Assembly: GCA_964016885.1 (NCBI GenBank)
Contig: OZ024742.1
Coordinates: forward strand, 328,848,001-328,912,000
Direction: 5' to 3'
Length of the DNA stretch: 64,000 bases
Source: Eledone cirrhosa
Taxonomy: Eukaryota
A program made the translations under genes and the position numbers. Under the pieces are notes generated by a model. It ran no database searches. It was not told the DNA's origin and worked only from the letters and a program-made list of their open reading frames with translations. Position 1 is the first letter of the stretch. Every line of letters starts with the position of its first letter. Below, piece after piece: positions 1 to 11,919 of this stretch.

Positions 1-220
1 AAGATTGTCAGCATATTTAGTTTGATGTAAGGAATGTTGAGAATAATAATAATAATAATATTAATAATAATAATGCCCGTTTACAATTGTTTCGCTACTC
101 CGTATAATATTTCTGGTTCAGATGACTATGTATCATAATTGATCTGGTTCAGTTGAAAATAATTAACATATTTAAAAAACAGAGTGGCTCATCGGAACTC
201 AAAGGAATATAAATTAAAAC

Positions 221-406
221 AATTGTTTCTACTTTTGGCACAAGGCCAGCAATTTCCCAGTGTATTACTGGTACTTTATTTTATCGACCCCGTAAGGATG
301 AAAGGCAAAGTTAACCTCGGCGGGATTTGAACTCAGAATGGCAAGGGCCGTAACTCTATGCGTCAAAGCATGGCGTCCGACCCTCTACCGATACTGCCAA
401 TTCACC
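221..406 (-). mobile_element. tRNA-derived SINE (family A)
   Basis: Minus strand has A-box-like TGGCAGTATCGG, B-box GTTCAAATCC, body GCCTTTCATCCTTACGGGGTCGATAAAATAAAGTACCAG; about 10 copies in the window. Confidence 0.85.
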
Positions 407-760
407 TAAAATAATGTTACATAATATAATGTTCCATATATTAGTTTTTACTATGGTGCTTTTGTTTCATCAGCTGTCAGCCATAATCAAGCAGTACTCA
501 TCTGTCGAGGCTGCATTGTGTGAGATCTGCCTATGGGTAACAAGATGGCTGCCAAAGGGCATATTTACCTTACTAATAATTAGGGGGTGGTTTCAGGGGA
601 AGTAACTTCTCGAGCGATTAGAGATTGTGTGTATTTTATAGTTAAGTGCTAGTATTTAAATTATTTAATTGAGAGACAATGTAGGGGAGGTAACTTATAA
701 TTATCGAGTTGTTCATAGCAATTTAACTTATTAGCTACAATTAGAGATGGGGCTACATGG

Positions 761-2166
761 CTAAGTTGGGTCAAAAACTCTATTGGCGAAGGAATTAGCC
801 CTTCGATGTTGATAGCTAATGGTTACCTCAGTTCTATCGTTAATTGGTAGAGATCTTGATAGAGTTATGTAATACGCTTCCGTAACACAGAGATCACAGG
901 ATTTCCTTCGTCCATTGAACGGTTGTGCCCTAGCTACGATATCCCATTTTAGTGAGTGTTGAACTTTGTTTAATTTAAGGTTTTTAATGAGCCTAGCTAG
1001 CGATGTCAAACATCTGTTGTTAGGGTCTCGGAAGGAAAAAGAGTGCGCGTTATAGCGTACCTTAAGAGGGTTAGAGGTAGACCCGATGTAAGAGCTGATA
1101 TTAGAAGCAGTCTCAACTGTGCATTTAGACTATGTTGGGTGTCAGGCAGTGTCCATTTAATGGGCATGCATTGGGGTAGCGGCAGTTGCAGTTGCTTCTG
1201 CGGTTAGTGAGAGTAGTGTTATTTAACCTAAGCAGTTGGTCCGTGCTAGAAGGATTAGATGGGGGAGGTGTGCTACTCGAGTAATTATTGGTGTAGTGGC
1301 GTGGTGTATTTGATAGGGGTGGTGGTACCGCGGTGTGGGAGCTATAGTGTCTTAGCTTATGGTGGTTACTGAACGCGATGTGGCTAGCTAGGTTAGGTGT
1401 AGTGGAGAATGAGATTTTAATGTTGTTTTTATTAAATGGTTAGAGGGGAAGTGTTTGGATAGGATAGAGAAGAAGCGATTGGGGATATTAGTGGCTAGAT
1501 TAGATGAGAATGTTGGGTTAAGCCAGGTGATATTTCTAGGCCTATTCTTTCTAGGGGTTCTAGTGGAGTTGGTAGGGGCCTTCCTAGGGTTATTATTACC
1601 TGGGGGTTTGTTATTTGTCATCCCATTTCTCATTCCTATTCTAGGGTTGATTCTTAATTTGCTACTAGGAGTGGGGAGCAGGCCGCTGCCACCATTAAAG
1701 TTCTCTGTATAGGTGCTGTTACTGCTAAAATTCCGGCGAATCTGGCTATATACTAAGGTATTACTAGTTCTAGTGTTAAGTTTATTATGGTGAGTTGCTG
1801 TGTTATGGCATTTTGGTATGTAATAAATTGATTGTTTATAACCAGATTCAGAGAGAGCCTTATTATAATATTGTGCGTGGTTTATAAATATCTCTTCACT
1901 TGCTGATAGCATTGAGATCCTATAGGAGATAGATTTGATTACTGCTCTGATGACTGCCGGTGGGTGGTTAGAGTGTGGGCTAATATATGTGAGTATTTCG
2001 CCTGGTTTATGGTAAGGGTTATAAAGGTTATTGTTGAGATCAAGGGTGACGTCTAGGAAGTTTACTACTTTATGGTTCAGCTCGATGGTGATAGAGAGGC
2101 CGTTATTTTTTAAGAATCTATGAAATTGTTTCTTAAGCAAATCGATTCCCCGATTAGTGCAATTGT
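761..2166 (-). pseudogene. Penelope-like retroelement remnant: RT C-terminus/thumb, NITWLNP linker, Cys linker, GIY-YIG endonuclease (frameshifted)
   Basis: ORF 1388-2140 VNFLDVTLDL..YHKP..SNHPP..; minus strand ~1200-1020 reads NCNCRYPNACPLNGHC and SYIGST; ORF 761-1009 CDLCVTE. Confidence 0.88.
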
Positions 2167-2285
2167 TGGGATTTACCTATTACGTCACATCAGAGCCGAA
2201 ATCCAACCCATGCAAGGTGGAATATACAGGGACGACGCCCTATTTGCAGTCCACAATTGCACTAATCGGGGAATCGATTTGCTTA
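2134..2285 (+). pseudogene. Inverted fragment of the same PLE RT carrying the catalytic GIYRDD motif
   Basis: + frame VGIYLL..GGIYRDDALF..NCTNRGIDLL continues on the minus strand as NCTNRGIDLLKKQF; perfect 33-bp inverted repeat 2134-2166/2253-2285. Confidence 0.85.
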
Positions 2286-2503
2286 CATTACAACTTACAA
2301 TTAAGGACAAAATGAAAACACACACACACATTGAACAAACAACCAACCAGTAACATGTAAACAAACAAATAAATAAACAAATATAAACACACACAGATAC
2401 CCGGATGTAACACATGCGCAAACTAAGCACACAGCATACACAAAAACAAGATGGCGTAGGACAGAACAAAGGAGAGGCACAAAAAAAAATCAAAAAATCT
2501 CCA

Positions 2504-2546
2504 GTCACTGAAGAGGTCACAAAATGTGTGACGAAAGAACTTTGAC
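2504..2546 (+). ncRNA. Minimal type I hammerhead ribozyme motif in a PLE terminal repeat
   Basis: gtca-CTGAAGA-g-gtcaca/tgtgac-GAAA-gaac-TT-tgac; decayed homolog on minus strand at 33513-33555 within a shared ~170-bp repeat. Confidence 0.75.
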
Positions 2547-3499
2547 AATATATGAACAATCGTCTGGCTGTGGAACCAGCCAACCAACCGGAAATTTATA
2601 AATTCCTAAATTTATAAATTTAATTTATAATAAATTGAAGTGAAAGCAACAGATGCGTGTGTTTCTTATTGACAACATGACCCTCCCAAAGTATAACAAT
2701 ATATATATATATATATATAACCACGGTTCAAGCACGGCATTGGAGGTGGAATTATTGTTTTATTTTAAAATGTATCTTTCGCTCGCAATATTTCTTTTAG
2801 TATAAAGCACATTTTTACATATGAATAAAATTCTAGACAAATGAAGCTCTACAGCTTATAGTTTTTAGCCTGAATAGAATTTGAGGTATGTAAGACATAA
2901 TATAACTGAAACAATTTTATTTTAATCTGCTCTTATAATCTACATCACAACATTATTTATGGCCAATAGTGTATTCATTGTAGATAATAAATTGTGAGGT
3001 TTCTTCTTTAAGTCATAATTATTTGATACATACATACGACGATATTTACAATCACGCACCTGCTATATATTCTGATATGTATGAGTGAGTATCTGAATGC
3101 GTGAGTGTGTGTATGTGTATTTGTACCTTGTTAAGCATGCGCATAGGCGGTGTTGGGAGCTGTGTGTGTACGTGTGTGTGCATGTGTGTGCGTGCGTGTG
3201 TGCGTGTGTGTGTGTATATGTATGTGTAGGGTTCTCTTTGTGATTATATTTGATATTAATAATTGAGATTTTATGTAAATGTGTTAATGGTATTAATATT
3301 TTCCTTTTAATAAACATATTTACATATGTTTGCAAATACTTACACACGCACGCATACACAAACCCCTTTTTAATATATACATATTTATATACACAAGTTT
3401 ATACATATAGGTGTATATACATTGTGAATATATGTTCTCTCTCTAATTATATAAATATACATATAATATATATATATACATACATTAATATTATATATA

Positions 3500-3648
<149 letters not shown>

Positions 3649-3857
3649 AGATGTGAGAAAAACCACAGACCCTCCATCTCAACTCACCTTTTGAAAAGCA
3701 GAAGAACTGCGAAACCGGTAAAGGAACCAAATAAATATATATATATTTTTAAAAAAAATAAGACTCCAGTTGCATTTTCGATTTCATCTCTTTTTCTTTA
3801 TACTTTCACTCGTGTAGGACACCTCGGTTATTTTTCATTTTGTAAAAAAAACCTCAC

Positions 3858-3863
<6 letters not shown>
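3649..3863 (+). mobile_element. PLE-type terminal-repeat fragment between two (TA)n tracts
   Basis: Homologous to both arms of 14417-14752; contains an HHR motif. Confidence 0.75.
3687..3724 (+). ncRNA. Minimal hammerhead ribozyme with UUGAAAA (U3:A8) core
   Basis: cctt-TTGAAAA-gcag/ctgc-GAAA-ccggTA-aagg; identical in copies at 14555-14592 and 14642-14679. Confidence 0.72.
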
Positions 3864-3938
<75 letters not shown>

Positions 3939-4058
3939 ATAATATATATATATATATATATATCTGCATACATATATATATATATATATATACACACAGA
4001 CAGACACACATATATATATATATATAATATGTAGATATATACATATATATATTACAAC

Positions 4059-4119
<61 letters not shown>

Positions 4120-4570
4120 GAAGGTGCTGTGGGATTTTAGGATTTTACAGACAGAGAAGAAACTGGAACACAATAGACCTGACCTGGTGGTTGTGGACAA
4201 GGAAAAAAGATCGTGCCTGATTGTGGATGTAGCCTGCCCATTCGACACGAGAGTGCAAGAGAAGGAGGGGGAGAAAATTAACCGATACCAGGACTTAAAG
4301 TGGGAGGTAAAAAGAATTTGGAACTGCCATGAAGTCAAAGTGGTCCCGATTGTCACAGGCGCACTAGGTTCTATCTCAAAAAGTTTCCAGGGATGGTTAA
4401 AGAAAATTGGCCCCTTCACGCTTTTTGGAACACTTCAAAAGGCATGCTTGCTGGGAACAGCAAGATCCCTCCGATACGTCCTGAATATCTGAGGCTGCAA
4501 GTAGTGGCTTGATATTCATTTCAACAAACTTTCCAGTTAATTAACATCAATGACTGAGACTAAAAGAACA
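4120..4570 (+). mobile_element. 3' fragment of an R4/Dong-type non-LTR retrotransposon (restriction-like endonuclease domain)
   Basis: ORF 4124-4492 LWDF..NRPDLVVVDK..IVDVACPFD..EKINRYQDL (PD-D/ExK RLE motif); flanked on both sides by (TAA)n. Confidence 0.85.
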
Positions 4571-4602
4571 ATAATAATAATAATAATAACAATAATACTA
4601 AT

Positions 4603-4789
4603 AATTGTTTCTACTTCAGGCACAAGGCCAGCAATTAACCAGTGCATTACTGGTACTTTATTTTATCGACCCCTTAAGGATGAAAGGCAAAGTCAACCTC
4701 GGCGGGATTTGAACACTGATCGTAAAGGGACGTAACTATGCTGGAAAGCATGGCGTCCGACCCTCTACCGATACTGCCAATCCACCGCC
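4603..4789 (-). mobile_element. SINE family A copy
   Basis: Same head and body as 221-406. Confidence 0.88.
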
Positions 4790-4810
4790 CAATCCAATAA
4801 TAATAATAAG

Positions 4811-4992
4811 TGTTTCTACTTTAGGCACAAGGCCAGCAATTACCCAGTGCATTACTGGTACTTTATTTTATCGACCCCGTAAGGATAAAAGGCAAAGTCA
4901 ACCTCGGCGGGATTTGAACTCAGATCGTAAAGGGACGTAACTATGCTGCAAAGCATGGCGTCCGACCCTCTACCGATACTGCCAATCCACCG
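4811..4992 (-). mobile_element. SINE family A copy, tandem with the previous copy
   Basis: Same head and body as 221-406. Confidence 0.88.
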
Positions 4993-5140
4993 TTCATTTA
5001 TTAGCCACAAGGACCGACATGTATGGGAAAATACAAAGGTAGGGACACTGGGGGTTTTGCAATAAGGTAGAGTAAAAGTGCACAATGGCAAGATTAATTT
5101 AACAATTAAGATATAAAAAGTATAAAAATAAAAAATAATA

Positions 5141-5380
5141 ATAATAATAAGTCGGTTAATTTACCTCATCCCTATTTATTATATTATACGTATTTCAAAT
5201 AAATAGGGCTTATGTATAACATCAGTCGAACATGTTCTGTTCAGATATTTACATCTACTGTGGATTTTATCTGAGAAGAACATGTTTGACTGATGTTATA
5301 CATAAGCCATACATCTTTGAAATACGTATAACAAAATAAATAGGGATGGACTATGTAATCGTCTTATTTCTTTATTATTA
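5141..5380. repeat. Imperfect palindrome with ~110-bp arms, probably a fold-back PLE terminal repeat
   Basis: ggcttatgtataacatcagtcgaacatgttct / agaacatgtttgactgatgttatacataagcc; catccctatttatt / aataaatagggatg. Confidence 0.75.
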
Positions 5381-5646
5381 TAATAAAATACCGGATAAAC
5401 ACAAAAACTCGAGTCCTTGACTTCGGTTATGTTAATTCTAAGTCAACCAATATATAAATCAACCAACTATATACATATAGATATACATACATATATAGAT
5501 ATATGTTAAAATATATATATATATATATATATGTAGGAGGTGAGTTTTATTGTAGTACAATAAAGCAATGCAGATATCGGATAAGATATGTTGATTTAAA
5601 ACTGCACTATACACAAGTGTTTTTTAGCCTTCATATCATGTTCTCC

Positions 5647-5717
5647 TATTTTATCTGATGAAAACACAAATATTATTGCATGATGATGTTTGTTTTTGAA
5701 ATGCGCATAATAAAATA
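5647..5717 (+). ncRNA. Type I hammerhead ribozyme motif
   Basis: tattttat-CTGATGA-stem II (acaaata/tgtttgt)-GAAA-tgcgca-TA-ataaaata; 8-bp stem I and palindromic stem III ATGCGCAT; decayed homolog near 45605-45675. Confidence 0.75.
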
Positions 5718-5747
5718 TATGGAACTCCTTTAACCATCTTTTGATCT

Positions 5748-5779
<32 letters not shown>

Positions 5780-5949
5780 TAATTCTATCGTATCCCCAAA
5801 CAAAAAAAAAACAAAATCCTTCCCATTCTTAATTCTATCGTATCGTCCAATTCTATCGTATTCTCAAACAAAAAACAAAATCCTTCCCATTCTACTTCTT
5901 ATAAATTACTTTAAATATATATATATTATGCTACTTGAAAGTAAAAAAA

Positions 5950-6049
5950 AACCGCTCTACCCCTTCACCCTCCACGAGGGGCTGCGGTCAGCCACAATCT
6001 CTCTCCCCCTTCCCCCCTCTCTTTCTTCCCCCCTCTCTCTCTCTTAGCT

Positions 6050-6086
<37 letters not shown>

Positions 6087-9000
6087 AGATAAGTTCTCCT
6101 TCATGTTTATTCACTTTCGCCAATCCACCGCTGCTTCAATTATTTCCTACTACGGTGTACTCATGTAAATCGTAAAGTACACATTTTTCTCCTCCATCTA
6201 TTCCACGCTCAATTTTCGTACATAGTCCAAACATCCAATCTCGCAAAATCCGAAATCTGTATCTTTTGTTATCTATTTAAGGTTTAAATACGGTGTTTTT
6301 GTCGTATTGAACAGAACAAATCTTGCAGTTTTGCTTTTTGTTAAATCGCTTGTTAAACATTCATAACCTTCCAGCTAGCTACCCCACACCCCTCCCACCC
6401 GCCCCCACACACCACCATACTTAATACGTGGACCAATCATAAGCCAGAGCCCCCCCCCACGCATCACCATTATTATTATAAGCCAGAGCCCCCCCACCCC
6501 CACGCATCACCATTATTATTATTATTATTATTACGCGGACCAATCATAAGCCAGAGGCCTATACTATCGCTTGCCCGGTTGCCTTCGATATATGATGGAT
6601 GGATGGATGGATGGACTGCGGAATCCTGGAGAGTGGAAGGGAGAGAAAAATCTGGACGCTCAGAGCGAAAATGCCAAAGTTAAAGTCAAATTCACCTCGT
6701 GGACGAGAATGCGAGCACTCCTCTTTGTTTCGTCCGCGGATGGCTAACGTAACCCTATCTCCCCCCGCCCCCCACCACCCCCACCCTCCAAACGCAACCC
6801 AAAACTTCAGAGTTGGTACCATAAATGTGGGCACCCTAAAGGGTCGCGCTAACGAGGTTGTAGAAATGCTTGAACGTAAGGAGGTCGATGTTTGTTGTAT
6901 TCAAGAGACCAGGTGGAGGGGTGGGTCTGCTAGATTCATTGAGGGTAAAAAACGATGTTATAAGCTTTTCTGGGTGGGAAACGACGATGGGCTGGGTGGA
7001 GTAGGAATCATGGTAGCAGAAAAGTGGGCAGATAAGATAATAGACGTAAATAGAGTGAACGACAGAATAATTAAAATAAGACTTGTCCTCAATAAAACTA
7101 CGGTGACAGTAATATCTGCGTACGCACCCCAATCCGGACTGCCCGGCACTATAAAAGACAGATTCTATGAGACATTGTTGCTAACTACCTCCCAAATATC
7201 TGACAGTGACTATATAATTATTGCAGGCGACCTAAATGGTCACGTTGGACAACATTGTGACGGCTACGACGAAATCCATGGAGGCTATGGGTTTGGTACT
7301 AGAAATGAGGGAGGCTCCAGAATCCTGGAATTCTGTGATGCAAATAACCTAACTATCTGTAACACTAACTTCAAAAAACGTGACAATCACCTGATCACCT
7401 ATAGATCAGGGGAACACACAAGCCAGGTAGATTATATCCTTACCAGAAGACGTGACAGAGTGTCTGTTGTAAACACTAAATCCCTCCCCCAGGAAGAATG
7501 CACCTCCCAACATAGACTGATAATTAGCAACCTCATAGTCAGGACGAGACGTACTCGACAGCAGAAGAGGACTATCCTCAGGAGGAAAATATGGAAACTA
7601 AAGGACCCCACAGCCAGAAATAAATTTCAAAGCATATTACTTGATGCTTTCGACAGTAAGGAAGAGCATCTAGAATCGGACAATATAGAGGGACAGTGGG
7701 AATTTCTGAAAGCAAACCTGCTGTTGGCGACAGACGAAGTCTGTGGCTGGAGCAGGCCTGTAGGCAGGAGGAGAGTAACTTGGTGGTGGAACAGTAGGGT
7801 GGAGGGGTCAATTAAGGCCAAAAAGCAGGCTTGGAAAGTATGGCGGGATGGGGGAAGTAGAGTAGACTATCAAGTGGCCAGGAGGGAAGCTAGGAGAGAA
7901 GTGTACTTAGCAAGAAGGGAAGCTGAGGAAAGAAAGTTCAAGCATGTTCTACAACGCGATGACCAAAAACGTGAGGTGTTCAGGATTGCCAGGCAATGCG
8001 TCAAGGAAAACCGTGATATTGTCGGGGAGAAGTGTGTACTTAACGATGACGGCATACTTGCCATCACCGACACTGATAAGAAGGTAGCTTGGAAGTGTCA
8101 CTATGAAAGGCTACTAAATGAGGAGAATAAATGGGAGAAAGACAGTCTCCCCCATATCGACCCGATAGAGGGACCAGCAGTGTTAGTCGAGGGGAGTATA
8201 ATAAGTAAGGCAATCAAGGATATGAAGACGGGTAAGGCGGCTGGGCCTTCGGAAATAGTTGCTGAGATGCTGAAGGCATCTGGCACGGTGGGACACACCA
8301 TGGTCACCCGCATAGTTAACCAAGTCGTACAGAATGGGGTTGTTACGAAGGACTGGCATAGCAGCATCATCGTTAACTGTTATAAGGGTAAAGGAGACGC
8401 CCTAGATAGGAGTAACTATAGAGGCATTAAATTAATCGACCAGGTCATGAAGGTCACGGAAAAAGTAATAGCGCAACTAATCAGAGAGAGAATTGACCTA
8501 GATGAAATGCAGTTCGGGTTTGTGTCAGGCAAAAGCACCACAGACGCCCTTTTCATAGTACGACAACTACAGGAGAAGTACCTAGCTAAAGGTAGACCCC
8601 TCTACTTAGCTTTTGTCGACCTGGAGAAAGCCTTCGACAGAGTCCCCCGCTCCATTATCTGGTGGGCTCTTAGAAAACTAGGCGTTGACGAATGGCTTGT
8701 GAGGGCTATACAAGCCATGTATAAAGAAACAGTCAGCAAGGTTAGAATTAACAGCGAATATAGTGAAGAGTTTAGCGTAAAAGTTGGCGTCCATCAGGGC
8801 TCTGTTCTCAGCCCCCTACTATTTATTATTGCCCTTCAGGCTATAACAGAGGAGTTCAAGACAGGCTGCCCATGGGAACTCCTATACGCAGACGACCTGA
8901 CACTCATAGCGGAATCAATGGCCGAGCTAGAGAAGAAATTCCAAACATGGAAGCACGGCCTAGAGTCAAAAGGACTTAAAATTAACCTGGCTAAGACCAA

Positions 9001-10187
9001 AGTTCTAGTTTGTAGGAAAGAAAACAAGGCGGCGGTCCCTTCTGGGAAATGGTCGTGCTCGGTGTGTAGGAAAGGCGTAGGTAGAAACTTCATTTTATGT
9101 CCTAAATGCAAAGTATGGGTGCATAAAAGATGTAGTGGGATCACAGGTAAGCTAACTAAGAACATAGATTTTACATGTGGCCGGTGTTCTGGTGCAATAA
9201 GTAGCAGCAAGTGCCCACAAAATACTAGCTCTTTCAATTGCGCAGAGGGTTCTATAGAAATAGTAGACAGCTTCCGTTACCTGGGCGATAAAATCAGCAG
9301 TGGAGGAGGGTGCTCTGAAAGTACTGTAGCTAGAGTCAGAACTGGTTGGAAAAAGTTCAGAGAGCTTATAGCACTATTAGCTGCTAAAGGGTTCTCCCTA
9401 AAAATGAAAGGCAGGTTGTACGATGCCTGCATACGAACAGCAATGTTGCATGGTAGTGAGACCTGGGCATTGTGTGCAGAGGATATACGCAGACTAGAGA
9501 GGAACGAAGCTTGCATGCTCCGCTGGATGTGTAACAGTAATATACGTGAACGGCAAAGCATAAACGAACTAAGGAAAAAATTAGAGATAAGAGGGATCAG
9601 ATGTTGTTTACTCGAGAGAAGGTTGCGTTGGTATGGACACGTGATGCGCATGAAAGTCGATAGCTGTATAACAAAGTGCAGGGCAATAAAGATAGACGGT
9701 AGCCACGGAATAGGCAGACCTAGAAAAACATGGGATGAGCTGATAAACTCCGACCTCACACACTTACACCTCTCCAAGACAATGTCACTGGACCGAGACC
9801 TTTGGCGGTACTCAGTAACAGAGAAGACCCGCCTTGCCAGAAGGCATCTCTAACAAAATACACCCCGTCCCGCCACCCCCCCCACCCCATCCACACCACC
9901 CCGTTCTACGTAAAGTTATGTTGGTGCCGCACCATCCAGGCCGAAACAAATGAGATCGTGTAGGTGTCACGACAAAAAAACACACAGTCCACGCTGTAAT
10001 GTGGCCGTGTAGGCAACACGGTAAAAACCTCCCAGACCCACACTGTAAATGTGGTTGGTGTTAGGAAGGGCATCCAACTGTAGAAAACCTGCCAGACAGT
10101 CCTATGCGAGCAAGACAATCACTCTTGCCTCAAGTGGGACTACCCCCGTCCAAACCTATGCAAGCGTGGAACACGGACGTTAAACGT

Positions 10188-10217
<30 letters not shown>
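5950..10217 (+). mobile_element. Probably full-length RTE-clade LINE (5' boundary approximate) ending in a (GAT)n tail
   Basis: Single long APE+RT ORF, ~330-bp 3' UTR, short tandem-repeat tail typical of RTE. Confidence 0.85.
6599..9853 (+). CDS. RTE LINE ORF: AP-like endonuclease, reverse transcriptase and PHD-like Cys/His insert (true start may be ATG 6671 or 6740)
   Basis: VGTINVGTL, IQETRW, SAYAPQ, GDLNGHVG, QVDYIL, SQHRL (APE); NYRGIKL, QFGF, FVDLEKAFD, GVHQGSVLSP, YADD, FRYLG (RT); no stops in 1084 codons. Confidence 0.95.
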   Translation: MDGWMDCGILESGRERKIWTLRAKMPKLKSNSPRGRECEHSSLFRPRMANVTLSPPAPHHPHPPNATQNFRVGTINVGTLKGRANEVVEMLERKEVDVCCIQETRWRGGSARFIEGKKRCYKLFWVGNDDGLGGVGIMVAEKWADKIIDVNRVNDRIIKIRLVLNKTTVTVISAYAPQSGLPGTIKDRFYETLLLTTSQISDSDYIIIAGDLNGHVGQHCDGYDEIHGGYGFGTRNEGGSRILEFCDANNLTICNTNFKKRDNHLITYRSGEHTSQVDYILTRRRDRVSVVNTKSLPQEECTSQHRLIISNLIVRTRRTRQQKRTILRRKIWKLKDPTARNKFQSILLDAFDSKEEHLESDNIEGQWEFLKANLLLATDEVCGWSRPVGRRRVTWWWNSRVEGSIKAKKQAWKVWRDGGSRVDYQVARREARREVYLARREAEERKFKHVLQRDDQKREVFRIARQCVKENRDIVGEKCVLNDDGILAITDTDKKVAWKCHYERLLNEENKWEKDSLPHIDPIEGPAVLVEGSIISKAIKDMKTGKAAGPSEIVAEMLKASGTVGHTMVTRIVNQVVQNGVVTKDWHSSIIVNCYKGKGDALDRSNYRGIKLIDQVMKVTEKVIAQLIRERIDLDEMQFGFVSGKSTTDALFIVRQLQEKYLAKGRPLYLAFVDLEKAFDRVPRSIIWWALRKLGVDEWLVRAIQAMYKETVSKVRINSEYSEEFSVKVGVHQGSVLSPLLFIIALQAITEEFKTGCPWELLYADDLTLIAESMAELEKKFQTWKHGLESKGLKINLAKTKVLVCRKENKAAVPSGKWSCSVCRKGVGRNFILCPKCKVWVHKRCSGITGKLTKNIDFTCGRCSGAISSSKCPQNTSSFNCAEGSIEIVDSFRYLGDKISSGGGCSESTVARVRTGWKKFRELIALLAAKGFSLKMKGRLYDACIRTAMLHGSETWALCAEDIRRLERNEACMLRWMCNSNIRERQSINELRKKLEIRGIRCCLLERRLRWYGHVMRMKVDSCITKCRAIKIDGSHGIGRPRKTWDELINSDLTHLHLSKTMSLDRDLWRYSVTEKTRLARRHL

Positions 10218-10218
<1 letters not shown>

Positions 10219-10236
10219 ATATATTTTAACACTATA

Positions 10237-10428
<192 letters not shown>

Positions 10429-10520
10429 TATGTATGTATATCTATATATATATATATTTTAACACTCTATGTATATATATACATATATGTGTGTGTGTGT
10501 ATATATATATATATATGTAT

Positions 10521-10640
10521 ATCACCTTGATCACCTTGACCGACCAGTCTGTCGGGCGTCTATTCGGCGCCGCTGGTAACAGCACGTCGTGCTGTTTTAG
10601 CCATAAGATAACGCCATCACACTGGGTGGGTGGGCAGGCC
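10521..10640 (-). mobile_element. 3' tail fragment shared with SINE family B (46051-46453)
   Basis: Reverse complement matches 46338-46452 (gatggcg..atggctaaaacagcacg..gacgcccgacag..ggtcaaggt). Confidence 0.75.
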
Positions 10641-10832
10641 ATATATATATATATATATACATTTATATACATATATATAAATAGCAGTATATCTATAATT
10701 TATAATAAACGAAGCCAAATTTTACATATTTGATTTAATTATTTTATATATACAGACATAAAAATACAGACATATACAGACGTAAAAATACAGACATAAT
10801 ATAGATATAAACATATATATATATATATATTC

Positions 10833-10876
10833 TAACAAAGCGCTTTCGTTGCACATCTGCAACATCATCAGTGGTA
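10833..10876 (-). ncRNA. Minimal hammerhead ribozyme motif
   Basis: Minus strand tacca-CTGATGA-t-gttgca/tgcaac-GAAA-gcgc-TT-tgtta; one mismatch in stem I. Confidence 0.65.
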
Positions 10877-11012
10877 CTATTATGTTCCTCCTGTTGTATT
10901 GTATATCAACGCCATTTTTATTTATGGCAATATTATTGCAACAATATTATCCTCCGCAAGTATAACACTATTTGTTTGGACACATGATTTCATATCCAAA
11001 ACATCGCAAAAC

Positions 11013-11083
<71 letters not shown>

Positions 11084-11209
11084 AGGTGAGTTTTATTGTA
11101 GTGCAATAAACCAATGCAGATATCGCATAAGTAGCACTCTACAGTTTGTAGGACTGGAGTATAAATTATATATAAGATCAAACTCTTTTAACCATCTCTT
11201 GATCTTATA

Positions 11210-11498
<289 letters not shown>

Positions 11499-11768
11499 TA
11501 TATATATATTCATAAATATATATATATATATATATAAACGGAAAAAATGAAACGAAATTTCATACTTATAAATATATATATATATTTATACATACTTATA
11601 TATATATATATATATAAATATATCTCTGTGTGTGTTTAATGCAGCCGTGAGTTGATGCATGAAATGTCTCCGGTAATATTAATACCTAATTTGAAATTAG
11701 TTGAAGAACTAGAATGTCTATGTATACCATATAGGCTGATATTACATAATATAATATCCAGATATTAC

Positions 11769-11919
<151 letters not shown>

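Noticed and set aside
5285-5335. HHR in the 5141-5380 palindrome (CTGATGT..GAAATACGTA)
   Set aside because: A9 is replaced and stems I and II do not pair convincingly; kept only as a fold-back repeat
5950-6000. HDV-like ribozyme at the RTE 5' end
   Set aside because: Only a simple hairpin (accgc..cccct/agggg..gcggt) is visible; the nested double pseudoknot could not be built by eye
6836-9777. Minus-strand ORFs overlapping the RTE ORF
   Set aside because: Antisense shadows of a long coding frame with no recognisable motifs
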